From an uncultured Bacilli bacterium (GTDB lineage Bacteria; Bacillota_I; Bacilli_A; RF39; UBA660), in contig CAJUHO010000004.1 in the NCBI GenBank assembly GCA_910586195.1, positions 9,295 through 73,294 on the forward strand: a stretch of DNA of 64,000 bases. The letters run 5' to 3'. Positions 29,453 to 40,117 of the stretch are shown here, piece by piece. Numbering within the stretch: position 1 is the first letter of the stretch; each line of letters begins with the position of its first letter. Made by a program: the position numbers and the translations under genes. Below the pieces are notes generated by a model. It was not told where the DNA came from and ran no database searches. It saw only the letters and a list, made by a program, of their open reading frames with translations.

Positions 29453-30936
29453 TTTATATCACCGATTAATTTAATAATTTCTTGCAGTTTTATATCAAGT
29501 TCTTTTTCTAATTTTTCTCTTTTCTCGATAAAATTATCCATAGTTTCTTTTGGTGATAAAATAACTTCTTCTTTAACTGGAAAACCACATTGATCTAAAT
29601 TATAATTTAATTTTTCTATTTCACTAACAATAAATTTTTTTGATTTCCAAGTTTCAGTTAAAGATTCATCTTCTTTTATGTCTTTAATTTCCTCGCGATT
29701 ATTCCACCAATCGATAACTGGTTGTAAATGTTTTAATTCTACTGGTTTAGTTTTACTAAATGCTTTATAACCATCTGGCATATCCATTCTATAAAACCAT
29801 ATTTCATCAGTCTTTTTGGTTTTATCAAAGAATAAAAGATTAGTTGCTATACTTGTATATGGTGCAAAAATTGATCCTGGAAGCCTTATAATAGTATGTA
29901 AATTGCACTCTTCAATTAATTTTTTCTTAATTGCTATTTTAGTATTATCATTTCCAAATAAGAATCCATCTGGTAACACTATTCCTACTCTACCATTATG
30001 TTTTAATCTATAAAATATCTCTACCATAAATAAATCCGCTGTTTCTGAATTCCTTAAATCTGCTGGAAAGTTTTGCTGAATTGCTTTTTTTTCTGTTCCA
30101 CCATAAGGGGGATTCATTAAAATTACATCAAACTTATCTTGTTCTTCATAATCTCTTACATTTGCTTCAAGAGAATTACCTCTAATAATTTTTGACTCAT
30201 TTATATCATGAAGTAGCATATTAGTTACACATAATAGGTAAGGTAAAGATTTCTTTTCAACTCCGTAAAAAGAATTGTTTAATATTTCATTATCATTGGC
30301 ATCTTCAACACTTTCTTTCATGTAATTAAGAGCAGATACTAGGAATCCTCCAGTACCACAAGCAAAGTCGGCCACTGTTTCGCCAATTTTTGGTTCAACC
30401 ATTTTAACTATAAAATCTGTAAGTGCCCTTGGTGTATAAAACTCCCCAGATTTACCAGCACTTTGTAATTCTTTAAGAATAGTTTCATATATTTCATTAA
30501 ATGCATGTCTTACTTTAAAGTCAGTTAAATCAATTTCATTTAAAATATTAACTACTTGCCTTATTAAAACTCCATCTTTCATATAGTTATTTAAGTCTGT
30601 AAATACTTCTTTTACTAGTCTTCCTCTAGTATCAGTATTCTCATCAACTTCTAAATCTTTTAAATGAACGAATAATTGAGTAATAAAAGATTCCATTTCA
30701 CCACCAGTAATGGCTTTCCCATCTTTCTTATCAATAGCCCAATTTCTCCATCTATATTCTTCTGGAATTATTGAAGTATAATTATCTTCATAAATTTCCC
30801 ACTCTGATTCTTTAGCATCATAAAGTTTTAAGAATAACATCCATACTATTTGTTCAATTCTTTGAGCATCACCATTAATTCCAGCATCCTGTCTCATTAT
30901 ATCTTGTAGTCTTTTTATCATTGTGCTTATATTCAT
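29449..30936 (-). CDS. hsdM: type I restriction-modification N6-adenine DNA methyltransferase subunit
   Basis: FxGxG SAM-binding FACGTGGFL; catalytic NPPYGG; overlaps hsdS by 4 nt. Confidence 0.9.
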   Translation of the reverse strand: MNISTMIKRLQDIMRQDAGINGDAQRIEQIVWMLFLKLYDAKESEWEIYEDNYTSIIPEEYRWRNWAIDKKDGKAITGGEMESFITQLFVHLKDLEVDENTDTRGRLVKEVFTDLNNYMKDGVLIRQVVNILNEIDLTDFKVRHAFNEIYETILKELQSAGKSGEFYTPRALTDFIVKMVEPKIGETVADFACGTGGFLVSALNYMKESVEDANDNEILNNSFYGVEKKSLPYLLCVTNMLLHDINESKIIRGNSLEANVRDYEEQDKFDVILMNPPYGGTEKKAIQQNFPADLRNSETADLFMVEIFYRLKHNGRVGIVLPDGFLFGNDNTKIAIKKKLIEECNLHTIIRLPGSIFAPYTSIATNLLFFDKTKKTDEIWFYRMDMPDGYKAFSKTKPVELKHLQPVIDWWNNREEIKDIKEDESLTETWKSKKFIVSEIEKLNYNLDQCGFPVKEEVILSPKETMDNFIEKREKLEKELDIKLQEIIKLIGDIK

Positions 30937-30947
30937 AATTTACCCTC

Positions 30948-33284
30948 CTATCCGTATAATTTTGTTTTAATCATATTAATCATGCTATTATATTTTTCTT
31001 TTCCACCAAAGATATTATTAACTATTTGTACTAAACCACCAAACTTATTAAAGTTTTTAACATTTAATGTTTTAATATTTTCAAGTTCGGTTACTCCGTT
31101 ATTTCTATAAGTATTTAATAATTCTTCTACAACTTCTTTTTGCTTTTCTGTATAAATATTCATTTCTTCTGATTCTATTACTTTTTGTATTCTATCTTCT
31201 TTAGAAACAAAGTCTATATCATAAGCAACATTACTTAACAAATCAAATTCATCAACATTTGTGTCATTAAGTTGTTCGAGTAATGCATCAACCATAATAC
31301 CCTCACTTGATAAATAATCTAAAAATTCTTGTTTTGATTCCGCTCTAAACCAACTTTGAACGAATCCGTCATGATTTTCATATAATCTTTTCAATTGCTT
31401 TTTTGAATACTCTGCAATAGATTCTGTTATTAATTTTCCATCAGCATCATAGTACTTAACAGTTTCCTCAATTATAGAAACATCGACACCCTTTATATAT
31501 ACCTTTTTTGACTCGCCATCTAATATATCACCACTAAGAGGTTTTGCTGGTTTAGGTTCTGGTACACCATAATCTACAGGTAATATATCTTTATCACCAT
31601 TTCCACCTTCAACTGTTAAAACCATTTCTGCTGGTCCATTAAATGATGGATCAGCAAACTTTTCAGAGTTATTTCTAAAGTCCATTATAGTAAAATATTC
31701 TTTTCCTTTGTTTGGAAGCAATCTTGTACCACGGCCTATAATTTGCTTAAACTCTGTCATGCTTGCTATTTCTTCATCTAAAACTATTAATTTAACTGTT
31801 TTAGTATCTACTCCAGTTGATAACAGTTTAGAAGTAGTTGCTATTACTGGATAATCAGTATTGGCATCAGTAAAATTTTCTAATTGTCTTTTTCCTATAT
31901 CATCATTACCAGTAATTCTTACTACATAATTTGGATTAATTTTAACCATATCAGTATTTTCATTTACTAATGCATTACGCATTCTTAATGCGTGTTCTGT
32001 ATCTACGCAAAATACAATTGTCTTTGCCATACGGTCTGTTGCTTTTAAAAATTCTGTAATTCTTTTTGCTACTACTTTAGTTCTTTCATCTATAACAATA
32101 GTTCTATCATAATCTGAAATTGTATATTCTCTATCTTCAACTTCATATCCCTCTTCATCAAGTTTACCTTTTTCTGGGCGATATCCCTCTAAATCTCTGT
32201 CTATTCCTACTTTAACAACTTTATATGGAGCTAAAAATCCATCTTCAATACCCTGTTTTAATGAGTAAGTATAAATAGGTTCTCCAAAATAATTAATATT
32301 AGATACATCCTCTGTTTCTTTCGGAGTAGCAGTCATACCTATTTGTATAGCATTATCAAAATAAGTCAATATTTCATGCCAATTGGAATCATCTCTTGCA
32401 CTACTTCTATGACACTCATCTACTATAATTAAATCAAAGAAGTCTTTAGTAAATTGTTTATATATATCCTTATCTTGACTTTTCATTTGATGATATAAAG
32501 ACATATATATTTCAAAAGAAGAATCCATATTTCTATGTTCTATTTTTGTCATAACTTTTTGAAAAGGTTTAAAATCGTTTTGCATAGTTTGATCAATTAA
32601 GATATTACGATCTGCTAAATAAAGTATTTTTTTACAAAATTTAGTTTTATGTAATCTATGTATTATTTGAAATGCAGTAAATGTTTTACCTGTACCAGTA
32701 GCCATTACTAACAAAAGTCTTTTTCTACCTTTAGAAATGGCTTCAATAGTTTTATTAATAGCAACCCTTTGATAATATCTTGGAGTTTTATTAATATCTA
32801 AAAAGTAATAAGGTTCTGTAATAAGCTTTTCTTGTTCTTCATCAATATTTTTTTCTTTTAAATATCTTTGCCATAATTCTTTTGGAGTTGGGAACTCATT
32901 TATTCCAATCTCTTTTTCTTCACCAGTAATCATATTGTGTTCGTAAAAGCCATCACCATTAGAAGAATAAGCAAAAGGAATATCTAAATCATTTGCATAA
33001 TCCATTGCTTGTTGAATACCATGTGATACTGTTACTTTATTATCTTTTGCTTCAACTATAGCAATGGGTAAATTAGATTTATATGATAATAAATAATCCA
33101 CTTTTTTACCTTTACTTCTTTGTGCCACATTTTCTCTAACATTTATCTTACCAGCAGTATAATAATACTCACATCTGATTTGACTTTTAATATCCCAGTC
33201 TGCTTTTTGTAAAGCAGGAGTTATATATTTTAACTTAATATCTTCTTCCGTTAAATCCTTTTTAGTTAATCCTGCAAAATCCAT
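30948..33284 (-). CDS. hsdR: type I restriction enzyme R (restriction/translocase) subunit
   Basis: HsdR_N-type N-terminus (ITPALQKADWD); helicase motifs MATGTGKT and IIVDECHRS; 778 aa. Confidence 0.85.
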   Translation of the reverse strand: MDFAGLTKKDLTEEDIKLKYITPALQKADWDIKSQIRCEYYYTAGKINVRENVAQRSKGKKVDYLLSYKSNLPIAIVEAKDNKVTVSHGIQQAMDYANDLDIPFAYSSNGDGFYEHNMITGEEKEIGINEFPTPKELWQRYLKEKNIDEEQEKLITEPYYFLDINKTPRYYQRVAINKTIEAISKGRKRLLLVMATGTGKTFTAFQIIHRLHKTKFCKKILYLADRNILIDQTMQNDFKPFQKVMTKIEHRNMDSSFEIYMSLYHQMKSQDKDIYKQFTKDFFDLIIVDECHRSSARDDSNWHEILTYFDNAIQIGMTATPKETEDVSNINYFGEPIYTYSLKQGIEDGFLAPYKVVKVGIDRDLEGYRPEKGKLDEEGYEVEDREYTISDYDRTIVIDERTKVVAKRITEFLKATDRMAKTIVFCVDTEHALRMRNALVNENTDMVKINPNYVVRITGNDDIGKRQLENFTDANTDYPVIATTSKLLSTGVDTKTVKLIVLDEEIASMTEFKQIIGRGTRLLPNKGKEYFTIMDFRNNSEKFADPSFNGPAEMVLTVEGGNGDKDILPVDYGVPEPKPAKPLSGDILDGESKKVYIKGVDVSIIEETVKYYDADGKLITESIAEYSKKQLKRLYENHDGFVQSWFRAESKQEFLDYLSSEGIMVDALLEQLNDTNVDEFDLLSNVAYDIDFVSKEDRIQKVIESEEMNIYTEKQKEVVEELLNTYRNNGVTELENIKTLNVKNFNKFGGLVQIVNNIFGGKEKYNSMINMIKTKLYG

Positions 33285-33352
33285 ATTACCACTCCAAACA
33301 CTTTATATACATAAGTATAGCATAAAATAAACGTTCTTTTAACTGCCATAAC

Positions 33353-33381
33353 GAAAAAAGTAAGATAAATTTTACCTTACT
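33353..33381 (-). terminator. putative terminator after the Fic gene (agtaag...cttact, U6 on minus)
   Basis: 6-bp stem, A6 on + upstream. Confidence 0.35.
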
Positions 33382-33465
33382 ATCTATAACTCTTTTCTTA
33401 TTACTTTACTATTTATTTTTTCTTTGATTTTATTTCCATATACATATGACTTTTTTATCACAAAT

Positions 33466-34302
33466 TTAAAATAATTCTTTAACTATTAAATCTCGCGAAT
33501 GCAAATTATTATTTTTACCTAATAGTAAGTTTTCATAAAATTTAACTAAATAACTACTATCTTCCTTTATATTTAAATAATTATTAAAATAATTACTTCT
33601 AACTAAAGCATTTCTAAAATATACTGATTTATCTTTAAATAGAGTATTATCTACATTATAGCCTAAACTAATTAAATATTTTTCTATAAATAATACTGTT
33701 GTTCTAGTATTACCTTCTCTAAAAGGGTGTACTTGCCATATATTAGAAGAAAATTTAGTTATATTATTAATAACTTCAACTATATTCATTTCTTTATAAT
33801 TTTTTTCTTTTTCTAAAGATATATCATATTCTAATGATTCAGTTAAGGTATTACAATCACCATATGCTACTGAATCATTATTTAATATCTTTTCATGTTT
33901 AGAAAAATCTATTTTTCTAAATTCGCCAGCAAATTCATAGACATCTTGAAATAAAAACTTATGAACATATTTTAAATAATCAACTGATAATTCAAATTTG
34001 TTTTCTTGTAATAATTCAACTATTCTAGCAGATACAAAATCACATTCTAATTCATTATGATTTATTTCATTTTTATTTTCTTTTTCAATATAATATTCTT
34101 TTAATTCTTTTTTCACTTCTTCAATAGTTAAATTACCCTCTACATTTTCCTCTAATAGTTTTTCTAAATATTTAGAAGGTTTTAAATTATCTACTTCTTG
34201 AAGACCAATAGCCATATCCCATTGTAAATGTTTTACATAATTACTAGATTTATATTCTTCTTCATATTCATTAACACTTGAATCTAATTCTTTTTCACTC
34301 AT
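33466..34302 (-). CDS. Fic/DOC family protein
   Basis: Fic motif HPFREGNTRTTVLF, a variant of the HxFx(D/E)GNGRxxR consensus; 278 aa. Confidence 0.75.
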   Translation of the reverse strand: MSEKELDSSVNEYEEEYKSSNYVKHLQWDMAIGLQEVDNLKPSKYLEKLLEENVEGNLTIEEVKKELKEYYIEKENKNEINHNELECDFVSARIVELLQENKFELSVDYLKYVHKFLFQDVYEFAGEFRKIDFSKHEKILNNDSVAYGDCNTLTESLEYDISLEKEKNYKEMNIVEVINNITKFSSNIWQVHPFREGNTRTTVLFIEKYLISLGYNVDNTLFKDKSVYFRNALVRSNYFNNYLNIKEDSSYLVKFYENLLLGKNNNLHSRDLIVKELF

Positions 34303-34376
34303 AATTTAAACCTCCTAACTATTACTAGTATAACATATAAATTGAAGTTTTAGTTTATTATTAATCTCATTATAAA

Positions 34377-36431
34377 CTAATAGTTTATACTTTGCTCGAT
34401 AACTGTAGCTAATGATCTTAATTTAAATACTGACTTTTTTACTTCATATAATAAATACATTGTATTTTCAGGTAAACGATTTTTATCAATTGCACGTAAT
34501 ATTCCAACTTCTTCACTAGAAAGAGTTTTAAATATATTAAGCAATTCTTCTAAAGATGGTGAAACATTTGTATCTCTTAATAGCAAAAACAAATCGCGTG
34601 GTGATAAAGCTCCTAGTTGCTCCTGCTCCTTGTAAAATTTTGCAATCACATTGTTGATGATTTCTAATTCTCTTTGCTTTGTTGATATAGTTTCAGTAAG
34701 TTGTGAAAAACCATTAGGCACTTGAAAAATCAAAGATATTTCTTGCAGACTTAATCCATATTTAATTGTTGATTTAGCCACTTCAATCAATTGCTCTACT
34801 GTAATTAATGAAAATTTCTTTTTTCTAGCATGATTTATTATAGTATCTCCACTAAAATGAGGTCCAACTATTGCTACATAATCAGCACTATTTTTATCTT
34901 TATGGGTATCTATTGCTACATCGCTTATATCACCATGTGAAACTTGACCTCCGGATTTGGATTTTCCATCTATTATTGCTGTAATAATTTTCCCATTATC
35001 ATCCTTCCAATGTACAACAACATCTGTATCTCCTGGTCCACCAATTTTCTTTGTTTCAAAGCCCATAAAAGTCATCATTTCAGCAATTGATTCCTCAAAG
35101 GCAACTCCTACTGGTTTCCCTTCAGCATTTGGATTTTTGGAAGTATTATCTAAGCGATTAGCAATGATAGAAAGATAATCTTCAAAATTATTATCTAAAT
35201 ACCCACTATCTTTATTATTCTCTTCTTTTTTTTCAAGCTGTTCCATATTTAATAATGGTAAATCAGACACAAAACATATTCCTAGTGGTGTTGCTTTTAA
35301 ATGCAGATATTGTGGTTCTTCTAAAAGACCTGCTTCAATCAAAAATCCTGCTATCCATCTAGCCTTTTCTTGATTAAGGCCATACAATTTAGCTTGCGCA
35401 TATACATCATTACGAATTATATCGTTTTCAGCATACTTTATCATTTCACCTACAAATCTCATATGTGAATGAAGAATTCTAATAAAATCTAAATCATTTC
35501 CCGTTTCAATCCATGATTTAGCAGTAGCGGTTGCTACATATATATTTCGACCAACCTCTTCAATAAAACCTGCTACTTTTAAAAAAGGTAACATTGATTC
35601 AACACTACTTAATTTAAGATTAAATTCTTTACATATAAAGTCAAAAAATTTATTTCTAGTAATTTTCTCAGTTGCATATTGAACTATTATTCGTAAATTT
35701 TCTATTCTATTTGGGCTAGGTGCCCATATATTATATGTACTTCTCTTATTATGTAATTCTGGTGAAACCATTAAATTATTAAGTAATATAGCAATATCTT
35801 CAGGTGGAGCGGAAATTTCCAATTCATTTAAATCAAAATCCATTGGTTCTAAAATTTCAGAAGGGATTAAGTCCCATTCATTTAATACTTTTATACCATT
35901 ATCAGTTACTTTCCATTTTCGATTGCCAATTTCCTGTATTAAGTCTAAGACCTCAAGCCAATCCATCCTTCTTCTAATATTACTTAGGTGATTCCACTTT
36001 AAATCATAATCCTTACATATTGACTTATTAACCTGTTCTACTGTAGCAGGTTCTAATGCAATCAGATTTAATACCTCTCCAAATAAACGTATCTTTTCAT
36101 TAATAATATTAGCAAGCTGCTTTTTTGTTAAATTGTTTAAAAACTCATTCCCTTTCTCTGTTAAACATAATACTCCTGCTTGGTTACTTACAAGTCCAAT
36201 ACCTTTTAAAAAAGGCATGTACTCTCTCCATGGCAGTAGCTGATTAATTTCAAGTATATTTGGTATAGTATTCAAATCATTTGCCTTGTTCTCACCTACT
36301 AGTATAATAAGATTTTTAACCAAAACGAACCAATTAGTTTTACCGCCTCTTAAATCAGGAATCGACCAACTTTTTCTTCGCCATTCATTTCTTTTTTTAT
36401 CTAATTCTTGTCTATTAATAACCTCACTCAT
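34377..36431 (-). CDS. 684-aa protein with C-terminal Mrr-cat-like (PD-(D/E)xK restriction endonuclease) domain and large N-terminal winged-helix-like region
   Basis: FMGFETKKIGGPGDTDVVVHW...AIIDGKSKSG...DYVAIVGPHFSGDTIINHARKKKFSLITVEQLIE matches the Mrr catalytic core (GDGGID / QCK motifs). Confidence 0.55.
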   Translation of the reverse strand: MSEVINRQELDKKRNEWRRKSWSIPDLRGGKTNWFVLVKNLIILVGENKANDLNTIPNILEINQLLPWREYMPFLKGIGLVSNQAGVLCLTEKGNEFLNNLTKKQLANIINEKIRLFGEVLNLIALEPATVEQVNKSICKDYDLKWNHLSNIRRRMDWLEVLDLIQEIGNRKWKVTDNGIKVLNEWDLIPSEILEPMDFDLNELEISAPPEDIAILLNNLMVSPELHNKRSTYNIWAPSPNRIENLRIIVQYATEKITRNKFFDFICKEFNLKLSSVESMLPFLKVAGFIEEVGRNIYVATATAKSWIETGNDLDFIRILHSHMRFVGEMIKYAENDIIRNDVYAQAKLYGLNQEKARWIAGFLIEAGLLEEPQYLHLKATPLGICFVSDLPLLNMEQLEKKEENNKDSGYLDNNFEDYLSIIANRLDNTSKNPNAEGKPVGVAFEESIAEMMTFMGFETKKIGGPGDTDVVVHWKDDNGKIITAIIDGKSKSGGQVSHGDISDVAIDTHKDKNSADYVAIVGPHFSGDTIINHARKKKFSLITVEQLIEVAKSTIKYGLSLQEISLIFQVPNGFSQLTETISTKQRELEIINNVIAKFYKEQEQLGALSPRDLFLLLRDTNVSPSLEELLNIFKTLSSEEVGILRAIDKNRLPENTMYLLYEVKKSVFKLRSLATVIEQSINY

Positions 36432-36679
36432 ATTGACACCTCTATTTCAAAAAAATAAGCAGTATCCATCTTAAAAGATTAAATACTGTTATCTTATATA
36501 TAATAACACATTTTTCGACATTTTTTAGTATTTTAAAGTAATTTGTACTTAAAATTCTAAGTTTAAAGCACTTATTATCTTCAAAATATGATTTTTGATT
36601 AAATTACTATAATTTATTTTCATTTAAATACAGCCGTCCTAATACCCTTATAAATTTAATCAATGCAAGAGCTAAGTCC

Positions 36680-36962
36680 CTCCACCTGCATTTATGTGAT
36701 TAGATATTACAATGACATTGGGATCATTTCCATAAGCATCCAATATTCTTCTAACTCTCTCATCCCTATCAACTGTTTCATCACTACCTCTTACAATTGT
36801 GGTTGGTATTCCAAGTTCTTTTAATCGATCATACATATACTGTGCCGCTTTTAAATTTAAATCTTTTTCTTTTAATCCATTTGCTACCGCTCCTGGATCA
36901 CTACCACCATGTCCAGCATCTACCACGATTCCTTTAATCGCTCTATCGTTCATCCTTTTCAC
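36680..36962 (-). pseudogene. N-terminal fragment of the same Amidase_3 gene (MKRMNDRAIKGIVVDAGHGGSDPG...ISNHINAGG), truncated by the island
   Basis: Amidase_3 N-half motifs; reading frame terminates 2 codons into the island DNA (..GGT*). Confidence 0.75.
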
Positions 36963-37061
36963 CTCTAATATAAGTTATGACACTTTGGACTGTTTGTGAA
37001 AACTTTATTAAAACAAAAACGGAACTTAAAAATTCCGTTCCACTAAAATCTTATCAATCCT

Positions 37062-40000
37062 CTACTCAACCATACTCCTACCTTTAAGCTCTGCTTGCTG
37101 TACAATAATCTTTACTACTTCATCCCTTTTTGCCAATGGATAATTACAACGGATTAGCACCTTTTTAATTTCCACTCTCATATGGGCTCTTGCAGACATT
37201 TTAATATCCCAATCTATCGTCATATTACTATTCACTACATTCGTTAACTCCTTCGCCATTTCGACAAGAGACTCATCTACCATTTCTCCCTTTATATCAG
37301 CAGCATAACTTAGCACATCATAAAAAGCTTTTTCTTCCATAGATAAATGATACTTCTCACTAATCTGCGTTTCTTTTTCTATATCATTTTTCAATTTAAT
37401 CATTTTCTCAAATGTCTGTTCAACACATACATCAGAAAGCCGTTCATTATATCTTGTTACGATTTCCTTAAATTGAGAAGAAAATTTCTCCATTAATATA
37501 ATATTAGTAGTACCAATTCGTTCTATATACTCTTTTAACATGTGCTGTAATAGTTCAACTGCAACATTTTTAGAAGACATTTTTTCTAACTTCATCAAAT
37601 CGGCATCATCCATCAGCTTAAGTGAAGTTCTTTTTTGAACAACCCCGATATCATTATTAATTGCGCTTTCTAAAATATTAGCAATATCTTTATTAATCTG
37701 ACTAAGTTCAAAACTTCCACCTTGAATCTTATTCAAAAAAGATCTAACAGAAATCACATACAATATCTCATCCCTATATTGCTTTTCCACACTTCCTGTA
37801 CAAACAGAATACAACCGTTTAATATCATAACTATACTGTAAAAATTTCCTTTTTGTCTCTTCTCTTGCAAGAATAAAGTTAGCACCCCTATTAATCAAAT
37901 CATACCTACCCTGATTACCTAAAAAAGCAAAATTACTATAATCAAAAGCAGAAAAAAGTTCCCTTACTAATTTCAAGTTATCTAAAAGCAATAAAGAGGC
38001 ATTCTCATTATTAATAAACTGTTTTTGATCCCTTACTGTATATATTTCAAAAGCTTCTTCTAACCATTTTTTTAAACCAACATAGTCAACAATTAAGCCG
38101 CCGCTTTTATCTTTATATACTCGATTTACTCTAGCAATAGCCTGCATTAAATTATGAGATTTCATCGGTTTATCAATATACATAGTACCTAAACATGGCA
38201 CATCAAAGCCAGTAAGCCACATATTCACCACAATAGCAATCTTAAAATTTGAATTAGCATCTTTAAATAAAATCTCTAATTCTCTTTTTCTCTTAATAGT
38301 GGAAATCGCATCTTGCATCTCCTTAGAATCATCATTATTAGGAGTCACTATCATATGAACCTTATCTTTATAATCAGGTCTTAGCTCAAGAAACTTTTGA
38401 TACATGATAAAGGCACTTTGCCTAGATGAGGCAACAACCATAGCCTTACCAGCAGTAAAATCTTTTCTATCCTCATAATGACGAATAATATCCTTTACAA
38501 TATTTTCTAATCTATTAGGATTCTCTAAAACCTTCCTTGCCGTCGTCACTAAATGGTAATATTTTCCAATATCTGGAATATCCACCTCTTCCTCTGAGTC
38601 CAAATAGTGATAACAATTATCAATAGCCTCTACTGACTGCTCACTCAAATTACTATCTAGCATCCTTGATTCATATAAAATAGGAAGAGTCGAACCATCC
38701 TCAATTGCTTGAGTCATATCATAAATATCGATAACAGGTCCAAACACTTCAGTCGTTGAATGATCCCCATTTTCAATTGGTGTTCCTGTAAATCCAATAT
38801 AAGTAGCATTGGGAAAAGCATCATGCAAATACTTCGCTGTTCCATATCTCCTAACTGCTTCCATTTTTTGCATATCAAATTTCATTACTGCATCTACACC
38901 ATAATGACTTCGATGTGCCTCATCTGCCACTACTAAAATATCTTCTCTTGTACTTAATAGTCCTGTTGCCTCCTGAAATTTCTGTAATGTTGTAAAAATA
39001 ATGCCGCCAGAATTTCTCTCTGATATTTTATTCTTTAAATCCTGCCTATTTTCAATTTTGATAGGCATTTGCCTTAAAAAATTACTGCATCTACAAAACG
39101 TCTCATATAATTGATTATCCAAATCATTTCGATCTGTCACAACTATAACCGTAGAAGATGAAAGTTTCCTGATCATATTGGCAACATAAAACACCATAGA
39201 AAGACTTTTTCCAGATCCTTGTGTATGCCAAAGTATCCCTGCTCTACCATCCTTAGCATGTAAAGTGCGATCAATTGCTTTCTCTACACCATAATACTGA
39301 TGATAAAAGGAAAGTATTTTATCATCATTACTATACAAAATATAATGATTTAATAAACTTAGTAACACCTTTTTATCAAACATGCCATGTATTAATGACT
39401 CATAAGTATTTCTCTTTACTACCTCATCGTAACACGACGCCTTCTTCCATTCACTAAATCTAGAATAATCATAAGTAATAGTCCCCGCCTTTGCAACTAA
39501 TCCATCTGTAATTACTGAAAACTGATTATAATAAAATAGTTTAGGAATATAATCATTCATATATCCTTTTAGCCTTTGATAGGATTTTTCCAAATTGACA
39601 TTTCCACATGCCATACTTCCCAATTCAAAAACTACAACTGGCATTCCATTTATAAAAATAATAATATCAGGTCTTTTTACACTATGATCCACTATAGTAA
39701 ATTGATCACTAACCAAAAATTCATTATTGTTCACATTATCAAAATCTATAAGTCTAACAGTATGGTACTTTGTCTCTTCATTTATACATTCAGCCACACG
39801 AATACCAGTATGCAAATACTCACTAAATATTTTATTATTATTTAGTAAATTATTTTGATTAAAATCTTTAATAATTCGTACTGCTTCCCTTATCACTTCT
39901 TCAGTTAAATCTTCATTAATTCTAAACAAGGCATCTACCAAGTTTGCTTCTAATATAACGTCAGAGTAATCTCTTGGAATAGACTCTCCAGGCATATAAG

Positions 40001-40070
40001 AATAGCCTAAACTTTTTAAAAATTTAACCGTCAAAATATTTATATCCCTTTCTGTAGGCATTCTTATCAC
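37062..40070 (-). CDS. hsdR: type I restriction enzyme R subunit (second system)
   Basis: 1002 aa; HsdR_N; helicase motifs GSGKSL, VVADEAHRSH, C-terminal domain. Confidence 0.9.
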   Translation of the reverse strand: MIRMPTERDINILTVKFLKSLGYSYMPGESIPRDYSDVILEANLVDALFRINEDLTEEVIREAVRIIKDFNQNNLLNNNKIFSEYLHTGIRVAECINEETKYHTVRLIDFDNVNNNEFLVSDQFTIVDHSVKRPDIIIFINGMPVVVFELGSMACGNVNLEKSYQRLKGYMNDYIPKLFYYNQFSVITDGLVAKAGTITYDYSRFSEWKKASCYDEVVKRNTYESLIHGMFDKKVLLSLLNHYILYSNDDKILSFYHQYYGVEKAIDRTLHAKDGRAGILWHTQGSGKSLSMVFYVANMIRKLSSSTVIVVTDRNDLDNQLYETFCRCSNFLRQMPIKIENRQDLKNKISERNSGGIIFTTLQKFQEATGLLSTREDILVVADEAHRSHYGVDAVMKFDMQKMEAVRRYGTAKYLHDAFPNATYIGFTGTPIENGDHSTTEVFGPVIDIYDMTQAIEDGSTLPILYESRMLDSNLSEQSVEAIDNCYHYLDSEEEVDIPDIGKYYHLVTTARKVLENPNRLENIVKDIIRHYEDRKDFTAGKAMVVASSRQSAFIMYQKFLELRPDYKDKVHMIVTPNNDDSKEMQDAISTIKRKRELEILFKDANSNFKIAIVVNMWLTGFDVPCLGTMYIDKPMKSHNLMQAIARVNRVYKDKSGGLIVDYVGLKKWLEEAFEIYTVRDQKQFINNENASLLLLDNLKLVRELFSAFDYSNFAFLGNQGRYDLINRGANFILAREETKRKFLQYSYDIKRLYSVCTGSVEKQYRDEILYVISVRSFLNKIQGGSFELSQINKDIANILESAINNDIGVVQKRTSLKLMDDADLMKLEKMSSKNVAVELLQHMLKEYIERIGTTNIILMEKFSSQFKEIVTRYNERLSDVCVEQTFEKMIKLKNDIEKETQISEKYHLSMEEKAFYDVLSYAADIKGEMVDESLVEMAKELTNVVNSNMTIDWDIKMSARAHMRVEIKKVLIRCNYPLAKRDEVVKIIVQQAELKGRSMVE

Positions 40071-40117
40071 ACCTCTTTCTATAAGTTAATTATCTATTTC
40101 ATTGTTATAACAAGCAT

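Larger units (their letters stand above)
21084..36679. mobile_element. roughly 15.6 kb integrative element (large serine recombinase type) carrying defense cargo, inserted in the amidase gene; flanked by 7-bp direct repeat CTCCACC
   Basis: Split amidase gene halves on the same strand; CTCCACC at 21077..21083 and 36680..36686; recombinase gene 1 kb from the left end; imperfect terminal inverted TTAGCTCT/AGAGCTAA. Confidence 0.7.
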
